Positions 52,733 to 64,000 of a stretch of 64,000 nt of DNA are shown one piece after another. The first letter of the stretch is position 1, and every line of letters begins with the position of its first letter. The DNA is from Perna viridis. Taxonomy: Eukaryota. The stretch spans positions 930,001 to 994,000 of the forward strand of contig CM074520.1 of NCBI GenBank assembly GCA_037379345.1. The letters are read 5' to 3'. The translations under genes were made by a program, and so were the position numbers. Under the pieces are notes generated by a model that saw only the letters and a program-made list of their open reading frames with translations, was not told where the DNA came from and ran no database searches.

Positions 52733-53240
52733 ATGATTGAATGATTGTTTAGGTTTAACGCCCTAGCAGCAATATTTCATCTATATCCAGGCGATGAACA
52801 TGAAAAAGATGATAAAATTGACATGAAATGGTGATGAAATGAAAATGGGATGGCACACAAGGACAATAGGGTGGACGGGTTTCGATTGCCACTGGAGATA
52901 GGGAGCAGAGTGTAGAATCGGGCAATTAAGCCTCCTGTGGCGGAGCCCAAAGGTTCCTACTCCGATAGAATACCACAGCAGGGTTATTTAACGTGCGAGG
53001 AACGTGGCATCTTTCCCGACATGGTGTACCACAATGGAATTTGGTCAGGTTTACCGTATTATGGCCTGACGATCCCAGCATTAAACATGCGAGGGGTATC
53101 CCATTCCACCAGACAGGGCACATAACACAGTTGCTCTGTGGGCAGAGCACCCTAGACCCAGGCAAGGGTTCTGAGCACTTTTAGTCGCCTTTTACGACAA
53201 GCTTAGTGCTGCCGCGGTCCACCCGAGCTGGGATCGACAT
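52733..53240 (-). mobile_element. Probable tRNA-derived SINE
   Basis: GC-richer block with an (ATTG)n-type tail at 52733 followed by tttaacgccc..caatatt; the same end is seen at 44229-44275. A B-box-like gtcgatcccag lies on the minus strand near 53230. Confidence 0.55.
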
Positions 53241-54689
53241 CTCAAAAATAATTGTTTACCAATTTTGGAACCACAAGGGTCAGAGGACGAAGGTTCCTCG
53301 TTGTATTAGCACACAAATTCCACTTAAACACAGTTAACGGCATTGCTTTTGCTGTTAATGCACCGACTTGATATAAAACATAGTTCAGCCTACGTTTGTA
53401 TATTACAACTCTTACGTAATGTCACAGATTTCCGAAACTACAATGGTGTATCCATATGTCCTGAATACCCTTCGTCTACCCCGTACCCGAACCTAGGGTT
53501 TGCTCATCATCATTTACTTTTGTTTATATGTACGTTCTATTTTGTTTATGTCATGTTCTTTGTTGTATGTCTATTTTCTTTATAGTCAAAGTCAAAGTAA
53601 TATATTTTATTCGGATAACCAAAACTGTATATTTGGTGTCTTCCTCCACATCAACATGATATTATATTCACTAAACAAAACAATGTATCATATTAAAGTT
53701 TTACAAACAAATTACTGAACTATGTAGAAATAACTGAACAAATATGTCTTACATTTTGTATAGAAATCGTGTGCATTAATTGAGACATGAAATCATTTGA
53801 GTATTTGTAAAAGGTGCAGTCCATTGCAAGAAAATTTATATATTTTCGTTATTTCTGGAATTTGTTCCTTTTTTTTATCACCGTTCGAATCCTGGTTTTC
53901 TGGATTCCCCATGTACACGTACATCTACATTTTGTATCACTGTATGATTTTGGTTGAAATTTTTACTAGAGTTATCGATCTTCCACCATTCGATCGTAAT
54001 TATATATTAAATATAAAAAAAAATATGTGTCAAAATTTGCTGGTGATAAATTTGAGGGGCTTATTACTATTGAAAATGTTGAAACCCTATATCATTTATT
54101 TCGTGTAATAAACAGATTGACATTTACTTGAGTCTCACGCATTCAACATTTCAAAATTTATTGACACAGAGTTATTGATGACACTTCAACAATAGTAACA
54201 GAGTTGAAATTGTAAGATATTGTCATTGTGTACCTTCTGTGTTAAAATTACACCACGTTTAATTGGATTCTGATTTTGATATTCTGTACCTTCCTTTCTG
54301 TTTAGCTTTATTAAATCTACTGTGTCATTGCATTGTTCCTTTATATCTTCGGTACTTGGAACAGTAAGCACTCTATATAATAAGGTCATATACTAATTAA
54401 GCAAGATACACCAATACAAGGAAGTATGTATCGACAATATTAAAATATTGTAAAACAGAGAAAGTAAATGACAAAGTAAAATTAATAACGTGGCTTAGGA
54501 ATATCAACAGGATATGCCTGTTATATAAATGAAATTGGGAATTTATGAAAGGATAATAAACGAAAACAGTTACCTTGATTACTCTTTACTTAACATTTTT
54601 GCTCAATTTTATAAAAAATATAGTAGGGGTAAGGTGTCCCACCGGACCTAACGTGTTCACCCAGAGGTCAAATATAAACTTGAAGCGTA

Positions 54690-56791
54690 CTAGTTTTCTT
54701 CCCCAGATTTTCGTAGTTGCCATGACAACAAATATGACTTTGATGCATCATCATATGTACATCGTATACTAGACTTATCCCCCGTGCGTATAGCGTTAAC
54801 AAATGCTACCAGCTCGTTATGATAACAATCATTTCTATCAAAGATGTATTCAACTTCTTCATTGGGATTGCTCGACTTATAATGACGCACACGAAGAATA
54901 CTGACATCATCAACAGGTTTGGTCATCACAAGCTGTAATCCATCGCACTGAATTTCTATGGAAATATCATGCTTATTTCCTGGAATGGCATGAGTATGTA
55001 AGATTGACCCTAATGCACCGTTAGAAAACTTGAAATGACTCATGGTCACTCTTGGGAATTTCTGTTGCGAGGGAATATCATTCTCGCCATCATGCGAGAA
55101 GTATGACAATTTTCCTGCACCGGAAGAATCGTCGTCTCTTAGTACTATGGTGCTGATTGATCGATGGTCGACATCACCGACTATATATCGAGCTAAATCG
55201 ATGACGTGTGTTGCTTGGTATATCATTGGCCCACCACTATACATAAGGTCATACAAGAGTTTGTTTCCACCCAAAGTGTAGGCATAGGAGAATTTAGCAT
55301 TGTAAGCCATTATTTTATGTCCATGTGATTCAATAATCTGTTTCATTTTATCCACTGCTGCGTGATACCTGAAATATACAGATTAGTCTTTTGGTTTTTT
55401 AAGGGGACTTTTGAATTTTTCTAGGATATAAAGAGCAACACATCGAAGGACGGAAATTGAACTATCCGTCCAGGGCATTTCTACCATCCTCGTGTTTGAT
55501 TCCTTAATCTGTAAAGTAAAGTAATTCCTGTCTTGCAATCAAAAGGTCAGTTACTGACACCTGTGTCAAAAAGGATATTTTATTGTATAAATGGGTGCAT
55601 GATTTATCTTGGAGATTATTGTCCTTTTGGTATTGATAAAAGATGATAACATATACTATTCAGTGACTAACAATAAACCTAAAATTGTAAGCGCAACTTT
55701 TGTATTAGGATTTCTGAATGATGAATTTAAACTGAGCCCTATGTAATTTTTTTACCAAAAATTATCACTTAATTTTCCATTTTAATTTAACAAAATGCAA
55801 AGTAAGCAAAATTTCCTTTATAAATTATTACAGTTAGGTTCGATTTTCTCTAAACTTCTTAATAAAACTGAAGTGACTTTATTTCGTAATCGTGTGGCAA
55901 AATTCCAGATCTTTTCTCTTTTTTTAATCGAAGCTCCAATTTAAAAATATGTAAATTGTTAATAGGTTTTGTACAGCTGTTGGAGTAGGTATCCTTTGTC
56001 ATAGATCTAATACATCAAAACAATTTAGCAATTTTACATAATCTTCAAGTTGAAAAATGCATATTTGCACAATTAGCATTAAAGATAAAAGAGGGGGTCA
56101 CACCTTCGGTCTACAGCGTGACTGCAGACTGAAGTACTACTGAAATGATAATGTATGCATATTACGCCAATACATACCAAAGTGTTTGTAAACAACACAT
56201 TCATTCGAGTACTCGACATTTTGTAAACAGCTTAAGACATGTATTATATGTGACATTTTGTAAACAACCAAGAACTTCCATAATAAACATGTATACAGTG
56301 TAGTTTTATCCAAGGGATGGAACAATTTACCTGAACATGTAGCCGACAGATACAACCACATTGGTTTCTTTTATAGCATTTTTCATTTCTGTTGCATACA
56401 TTTCAAATTCTTCTGGTGGGATAACTGACAACGGTTTCTCCACGAACGTGTGAATACCAGCCTTAACGAACTGTAACTCCATATCATGATTGTTGAGGAG
56501 ACATCCACGGTATGCTGGAGGTGAACCTATAAACACAGCATCAGGCTTTAACTCTAGCAATTGTCTGAAATTGGCAAACACTCTACAGTTTTTATACAAA
56601 CTCCTCACTTCATCATTTGCCAGTTTTTCCTCCAATACTTTTTGAGCGAGATCTGTTTTTGGATCTACGATAGCGACTACATCTATCCCTCCAATTTTCT
56701 CAAGCCGTGTAGCGTGTGCCCAGGGTTTATTTTTACCAAAATGGATACCACCTGCCCCTACAAAACCGATCTTCAAAGTGTTCTCACTCAT
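54690..56791 (-). CDS. Gfo/Idh/MocA-family NAD(P)-dependent oxidoreductase, paralog A (379 aa)
   Basis: Exons 56791-56331 and 55368-54690 (phase-2 intron in MFR), 1140 nt. Rossmann motif KIGFVGAGGI, HTFVEKPL, VSVGYMFRY and QATHVIDLARY. Confidence 0.92.
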
Positions 56792-56801
56792 GTCAGCTGA
56801 G

Positions 56802-56984
56802 TTAGACACATCTGTAAATAAGACAGTCACAATAGAAACATCTGTATATAGGACAGTTACGATAGATACACCTGTTAATAAGACAGTCACATTAGATACA
56901 TCTGTAAATAAGACAATCACGATGGATATCTGTAAATAAAAGTTGTAACAGATACATATGTAAATAAGACTGTCACAATAGAAA
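56802..56984 (-). repeat. 30-nt minisatellite (~6 copies) made of the splice acceptor of oxidoreductase A
   Basis: Minus-strand unit attgtgactgtcttatttacag|ATGTATCT. AG is present at plus positions 56812, 56842, 56872, 56902 and 56930, and mutated near 56958. Confidence 0.9.
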
Positions 56985-59846
56985 TAAGTTTATCTACAAC
57001 TACATATTGTATATGTAGCAAGCTGTGTTAGACGTTTGCTCGCGGATTATGTTCTTGAACAAAGGTAAAAAAAAAAAAAAAAAAAAAAATGACGAATTTC
57101 GTTTGTCTCGTTTACAGGGACATGTTTCCACTATCAAATATGCAGCCCGACTATTATACTAGTAGAGCTGCATATTAGATAGTGAGAGAAAGCCCCGTGT
57201 CTCATTTTATGGCACATCGATGCATGAATAGACACACGGGCCAATTAGAAGTTTTTGTGTGTATGCGTGTGTTTTGTCTCGAGTCAAAATATTTCATAAG
57301 CTTACAGACCTGAGTAAAACAATAAACGTTACCTGTGTAAGGAATTATTGACTAACACTTATGCATGTACTTGTATGAGTAAATTATGTGTATACACGTA
57401 GTAAGATAATAAGGATAACGTATGGGCCCGCATGTAAACTTCAACAATCGACGTCAAAATGTATGAATCGCCTAAAACTTTACGATATCAAACTGAAATG
57501 CAATTTTGTGTCCTTATTTTAAATACGGCACCTGTCATTTTTATCATGTAGGGCGGGGTTGCGATGACGGATTCGCGGAATTCTATTTATATTTTAGCAG
57601 GAAACGAAGTCGACTTTTTATTTGAAAATCTGCCTCGATAAGTAATGGGGAAAATACAGTATCATTCTTTTTATTTTTTTTTAATGGATGAGGAAATTGA
57701 TTTCTCCAAACTTTGTAAAATTTATTCCTTTTTTAAAGATCCAGACCCCCACTAAACGTCAACTCTTGATGTCTTGGTACACTTGTGGTTCTTTGATACT
57801 TTTAAACAGTCTTGTACATCTCCAGAAATAGGGTTGGAGGAAGCGGGCATAGGGCAATAACCCGAAAAATATGTAAAAGTTTTAAGAATCAATGCATAAC
57901 TGTAAGTTTCTTAATATTCACTTGGAAGTTCAATTTTTTTTTAATCCGGAGTTATCTCTCTTTGACTGTGTCACTGAAGTATTGACATTCCGGATTAACA
58001 GTCTCCACACGTTAAAACTCCATTGAAGTTCTGTAAAGAAGGGTATTAACCATGAAGCTGTATAACATATATCTCTTTTCAAATTCTTGTAAAAGGTGAA
58101 CTAATACATTTAACAATATGGGATAAAAATCTCACTGATGCCAAAAAAGATTTATAATTGAAAGTTGGTTGAAAGGAACTTTCCCATCTACGTTAATATA
58201 ATAGTTGCTAAGGCTGCTTGAATAAGTGACAGGGTATACTAAAAACACATTTGAATCCAGCTTTTGAAATTCTTTTGTATCATAAGTTCATATTAGAAAT
58301 CTTATAGAAAGGGTTAAATGGTTTATTTAAAACTTCTAAAAGTGAATTCAAATATCTCCTTTTAATTCCTCTTTATCATTAATTTATCGAAGCTTAAGCA
58401 TACACACATTTTTGAATCAAGATAAATATTTTAACGTCTTTTCATTCTCACTCTGTATGTAAAAGACACGATTTTCTTATGAATATTATTAAAAAGGGTA
58501 TTATTATACCATAGAACTTGAATTAGAACAATTTAGCATTAGGTGTAATTATTATAGAAAATGTTATAATTGACAAAGACACTTTGCCAAAAAAAGGGCA
58601 TTTCTGATTTGCTGATCTTGACATAACTTTTTTGGTAATTAAGATTTCCTTTCATGTTAACCAATGTAGTTTTTGAGACGACGACATAAAGTTTAAAAAG
58701 GACAAATACATTGAATAAGACAGCAAAATGTCGCATTCGTACGTAAGGCTCACTAGTATTTGGACTAGTTTTTCACTACATATTTGAATTTAATGGCATT
58801 AAATTACTGGCATTTTCATAACGAATATTTTACATTGTACTTAAAATGTAGACATACATGTATATTGCTGTTCAAAATCCTTATATAATATATAACTGCT
58901 CTATTTTCACCTATACGGATTAATTGAGGACTTGGTGGAATCGATAGTCTTTTTTTTCTGGTTTAGTTCGTTTTCGCCATTTTAGCAGCAAAAACAGATA
59001 ATTAGACTTGCTGTATACATCTAGTTATTTATAACCTTCTGTCAAAGCTTCCATAACGAATAGATGTCGTTGTCCAGTACTTGACTAGCTTTATTTTAAC
59101 TACAAACAGCTCTGCTAGCTTCCTTCACGTTTATCCATAGGCACCCCTATTTCACGTAACTCACACAAACCAACCTATAACACTTTCATAAGTATTATAG
59201 AGATATACATGTAAAACTTCGTCAATTCTATTTACCCTCATGACTAAGCTACTAAAGGTAAAAACAAGTACCTTATATTGTGTATCAATGTGTACACAGG
59301 ATCTTCATATTCAGACAACCTATTATGAAATAGTGTTATCTCGTTCTTACTGATACTACGTACAGTCAAATTCTCATGTTCCTAAGTTTTAACTATTGTA
59401 CAGAATGATTGCTACCCTAGGTCTGGAATTTTGAAAGGTAAAACAACTTAAGATAATTTTTTCATAATTGTTAGCAAATTAGCAAAATCAGTTTTTGATC
59501 CACGTTGTTTTAAGTTGACATAAAGCTAAGTGCACTGATAACGCAAGAATTTTGATGGTTTTATAAACGCAAATAGATGTTCACGCACTAACTTTTAACC
59601 GACGAGTGTTTCTTAAATAACTCTCTGAATAAATTTTGATGTCAAAACATCTCAAACACGAACCTTTGAGCCAGTAAATACAAGTGTACAATTTGAATTT
59701 CAAACAATTAAAAGAGAATTGTTTTTGTCTTAAAGTGGTGTAAAATGACATTATTTGAAATAAGAAAGTTACAGAAAACTTAACACGGAACCTTCAAATG
59801 AATTTTTTTCTTGAAAGCAGTTAAATCATGGTATAATTTTAGGGGT

Positions 59847-61198
59847 ATGCAGTCAAATTCAATGAAAATAGGCTTTATTGGAGCGGGGGCAATCCACTTT
59901 GGCAGAGGAGATTTGCCGTGGGCCCATGCTTCACGACTTGAGAAAATCGGCGGTATTGAAGTCCTAGCCATAGTAGACCCAGATACAAAACTTGCAGAAA
60001 GCCACCTCAAGAATAAGCTAGCGTCAGAAGACACAGCCAAGTTTTATAGGAACTGTAAAGTCTTGGCACACCATAAAGACCTAATAGTTTTAAAACCTGA
60101 TGCAGTTTTTATCGGTATTCCACCAGTCTACCGTGGTTCTATGGACAGTGATATTGAACTTCAATTTGTCAAGTCTGGGATCCATGTTTTTGTTGAGAAA
60201 CCATTATCTGTTGTTCCACCTGAAAAGTTTGAGGAATATATGAACGCCATCAAGTCTGCAAGCGCAGAGAATAATGTGATCGTATCAGTCGGATACATGT
60301 TCAGGTAAAGACCTTCGCTAAGTAGAGAATACCATATTATATGGGTTTATGCACAAGTTGCTTCCATAGGGCATACCAATGCTTATCTAGTTAATAATGT
60401 CAGTAGATATACGACATTACGAATAAAAGATATCTTAATTATAGATTTTGTTGGCGTTCGTGTGATTACACCATCTTTTGGATTTACTAGAATTTTTGTA
60501 ATCTTTATTTTGATAGGTACCACGATGCAGTGGCGAAAATGAATGAGGTTATTAAACAGCATGGCAAAAAAATCATGGCCTTCAATGCTCGGTACTATTA
60601 CGCATACTCCGACGGAGTAAACAAATACTGGTATGATCAAGATAAAAGTGGTGGTCCAATAGTGGAACAAGCTACACACCTGTGTGATCTTGCAAGGTAT
60701 ATCGTCGGCGACGTCATTCTCGACACAGTACACACCATCATGCTTCGTGACGATGATCCATCAGGTGCCGGTCATTTAGCTAACATACCAAGACACATCG
60801 AGGAAGATATTCCAGAGGACCGCCGCCTGCCAAGGGTAACCCTCAGTCACTGGAGATTCACCAATGGTGGAGTTGGCACCCTGATGCACTCCATAGCTCT
60901 TCCCGGGGGTAGGTACGAGGCGACCGTTGACGTCCAGCTCGATGGCATGCAGTTATCACTTATACGTCCGTACGAAGATTCATGTATATTACGTGTACGG
61001 GACATCAACTCTGACGATCCGAATAAAGACATAGACTATTCCTTTAAAGGGAACGATCCATATTATAATGAACTATCGGTATTTCTCAAGGCTGTCATGA
61101 GTGGTGACAAGTCTGGAGTAAGAAGTTCATACGAAGATGCTTCCAGGACGTATCTCTTTACCTGGAGAATTAGAAACACAGGAGAAGATAATAAATGA
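59847..61198 (+). CDS. Gfo/Idh/MocA-family NAD(P)-dependent oxidoreductase, paralog B (379 aa)
   Basis: Exons 59847-60304 and 60517-61198, with the same intron position as paralog A, 1140 nt. Motifs KIGFIGAGAI, HVFVEKPL, VSVGYMFRY and SGGPIVEQATHLCDLARY. Confidence 0.93.
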
Positions 61199-64000
61199 AA
61201 ATATAATGTAAACAAACATGAGATACGCTTGTGTACGAAAACTCTACAGTAATCAGATTACCTAACGAGAAATAAGCTATGAACAGTTTCTTTGCCTTTT
61301 GCGTGGAATTCAGTTTTTTTATGATACATCTATATCATTTAATTGCGGTTTTGTGACCCCCCCTTCCCATTTACTAACATGCAATGGTCAACAAGTGTCT
61401 GTTTCGTATAGTTTTAGAAAATACGAAATCATGCTTCTCAACTAAGATTTTTAGATATATGGTTTGGGTTATGGCAATATCAGTTGATATAACTATTTTC
61501 CGACTTAAGATTTGTATTAAAACATCTCTTCTTTTTTTCTGCTCAATTTGATCTTTTCACATCTATTAACACTTCTTTAATATAAAAAAATCCCCTGTTA
61601 AGTATGTGCGTGTACAAAGTCATTAAAAACTGCACTTTTTGCAGGAGTTAAATTGCACTCATATTGCAATATACATATTAGTTTATGTACAAGTCTTTGA
61701 AAGAATTAGGCAAAGTTGGAAGATATGAAATATGTATTCAAAAACCCTCAGTCTGGCAATATGATTTCACTCAAAGAAATCTTCTTTATTATGAACGTCT
61801 GCAGCACTGAATGTTTGGAAATTTTCATATAAAGATTTTCGAAAGAGTTGTCTGCCCTTGAGGTTTGCATTTGCTAACAGTAAAATTATAATTCATTTTA
61901 CCAAAATGATATAGAAAATCTTGTCTTTTGTTATCGATTATGATAGTACAATAAATAAATCATACACGTTGAACACGCTGCCTGATTCTTACAGAGACTG
62001 AAAATAATATCAGAATGTAAGTAAATGTGACACACTCTCATGCAGAAAGTTAAGAACAAATCTGAATAAAAGAAACATACGTAGGCAGTGGAAGTAAAAT
62101 AAGAAACGGTTATATGGTTCTTATTTATCTGACAGACTTCAGGTCATTGATATGGCTGAATTTACTCGCATCATCAGTTTTGTAATACTTTTTTTCAAAT
62201 GAATTTCTATAAAACCCTTATCTTTATTGAGTACATTATTTATCTTTCTTTTAGTGGAAAAATTCCGTAGGTTCTTTTTCATTGCATATGAAATGATCCT
62301 TCTGTGAAGAAATATTTTGTTATGTACATTTTAATGCCAGATTTATTTACTCCATACAGCTATATTGATACCTTCTGTATATCAATGATAATCAACATGT
62401 TAGGGTGATGAAATATCCAAACTCACAATCTCAATATGTGTACTTTATATGTTTGAAGCACTAATTTTATATGACTTGATTTTTCACTTTTGAAGTCTAT
62501 CAACCCTGTGGACAATTGTTGACTTTATATACTCGACCTTCTACTGCAATCAAATAAAAAATAATCACAATGAATGATTAAGGTTCAATAAGGACTGATC
62601 CAAAAATCTATGAAAGTAGAAAGTCCGATCCAAAAATTGGTAAAAAGGGGTTCCAGGCTACCATATGCTCATTTTTTCCTAAAATTTGACACACATTTAA
62701 CCAAAATTTTCCATCAGAAATGGGGTTCTCACCCCCTAAACCACACGGGTTCGCCACTAAAAAGGTCTTTTGTTGTATTGTTGGTAGTATTTTTACGTCT
62801 ATTACAAACACCCAATTTGTTTCTTCTGTAGACTAAGACATGCTGTAGACTGTTCAGTAGGTGGATTACCTAATATATACAACTGATTTGTTGAATTATG
62901 GCTCACTCACTATTTTTTTCTAACTTCTCTTTCGGTTTGATGTTTGTTGTTGATGTCCTTTCCTTTTCAATGATAATTGATTTTTGAGTGTAGGCATTTT
63001 TCATTTTTTATTTCACTCTCAACAGGCAAATTAATGAACTAACGAGGAATCATCATTATAAAAAGTATAACATTATCGTCTCAGCAGAATATCTGTACAG
63101 GCAGCTTGTTTTAAACAGATCAAAAGTAGGTACCTATAAATGGCTAACATGGACGCAGCACTCCAGCAGGGAGCCTTAAAAAAATCAATATAATCGTCTC
63201 TGTTATTCTAAATATTCTGGAATATTCAAAGCAAATGCACTTAACACTGTTTTACCATTTTGATAAATCATTTTATTTCTCACTTTGAGAAGTTTTAAAA
63301 TACAGGAGAAACTATAATCATGACTGTCTAATTTGTTTCCATTCCGTTGTAGACTAAAAACCAATGTCAACACGTAACAATGCTGGTTTTTCTGAACAAG
63401 CAATGTGTCAAAGGAAATCGAACTTATTGTTGTAGCATTTCTGTTTGACCTTTAATAACCCATTAAACCTACAATTACCACTAATGTACCTAAAACCATG
63501 TAAACACAGGCAGAAAAAGACAAAACGTCAAACCTAAATATTAAAACAAAACGTCTGAATGTTTGCTATACTTATAGATCTTTAAAAAGAAAAGAGAAAA
63601 CAGTAGAACAATTATGTGTCTGTATTGACTTAAGAAGAAAAGAACTATATGTGCATGTTCATGTACTTTGATATGGAATGTAAATTAATAATACTGTATT
63701 TTGTTAAGCCCAGTTGGTCTGGTGGTGAGAAACGTAGGAGAACTCAATTTACTAAAGCAAAATTATATATAACCAATTAAGTAGTACAAGGGGTCAAGAA
63801 GTCCATATTTTTGTCAAATGATGAATTTTTACTCCAAGGAGCAAACATAACAGTGATTGTACATGTTTAAAGCCCATTATCCAAAGCCTTTTTGATGTAT
63901 GTATACGGCGCTTGAATTTAATCAGCAAGTGGTTAAATCCGTGGTAATTTTCCAAGCATAAGTACAGAAGCAGAACCAGGAGGTTGGACGGGGTTGTACT

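Noticed and set aside
52926-53184. Three overlapping short ORFs
   Set aside because: They fall within a GC-richer SINE-like repeat and show no protein motifs.
54690-61198. Oxidoreductases as bacterial or fungal contamination
   Set aside because: Both have GT-AG introns and are contiguous with host-type repeats and AT-rich flanks, with no gap nearby.
61300-64000. Possible further gene at the window end
   Set aside because: No exon chain or domain was recognised; only AT-rich sequence and a small repeat fragment near 62640-62760.

Overview
AT-rich, intron-containing animal genomic DNA. The repeat families suggest a bivalve mollusc, probably a mytilid mussel (inference). I assembled six spliced genes by hand from GT-AG boundaries, and each exon chain stays in frame. 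(1) A 5'-incomplete ARHGAP6-like RhoGAP (+, 352-17766, 11 exons). (2) A single-CUB type I membrane protein (-, 26731-22701, 5 coding exons). (3) A four-CUB type I membrane protein (+, 32045-42612, 14 coding exons), head-to-head with gene 2 across a 147-N assembly gap. (4) LRRC51 (-, 49513-45161). (5, 6) A divergent pair of 379-aa Gfo/Idh/MocA oxidoreductases resembling a fungal subfamily (56791-54690 and 59847-61198). The rest is transposon debris (Penelope-like 3' ends, MITEs, MULE/PHD fragments, a LINE tail, a SINE, Helentron-type elements) and minisatellites. The most unusual signal is that three of the six genes carry a tandem array whose unit is a copy of their own splice junction. Two are exon-tail plus donor arrays in the CUB genes; one is an acceptor plus uATG array in an oxidoreductase. 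In the four-CUB gene the array holds 12 variant copies of a predicted Ca/ligand-binding loop. A palindrome also preserves a TA>TACATGTA transposon excision footprint, and this 8-mer is over-represented in the window. All family assignments come from recognised motifs, not database searches.
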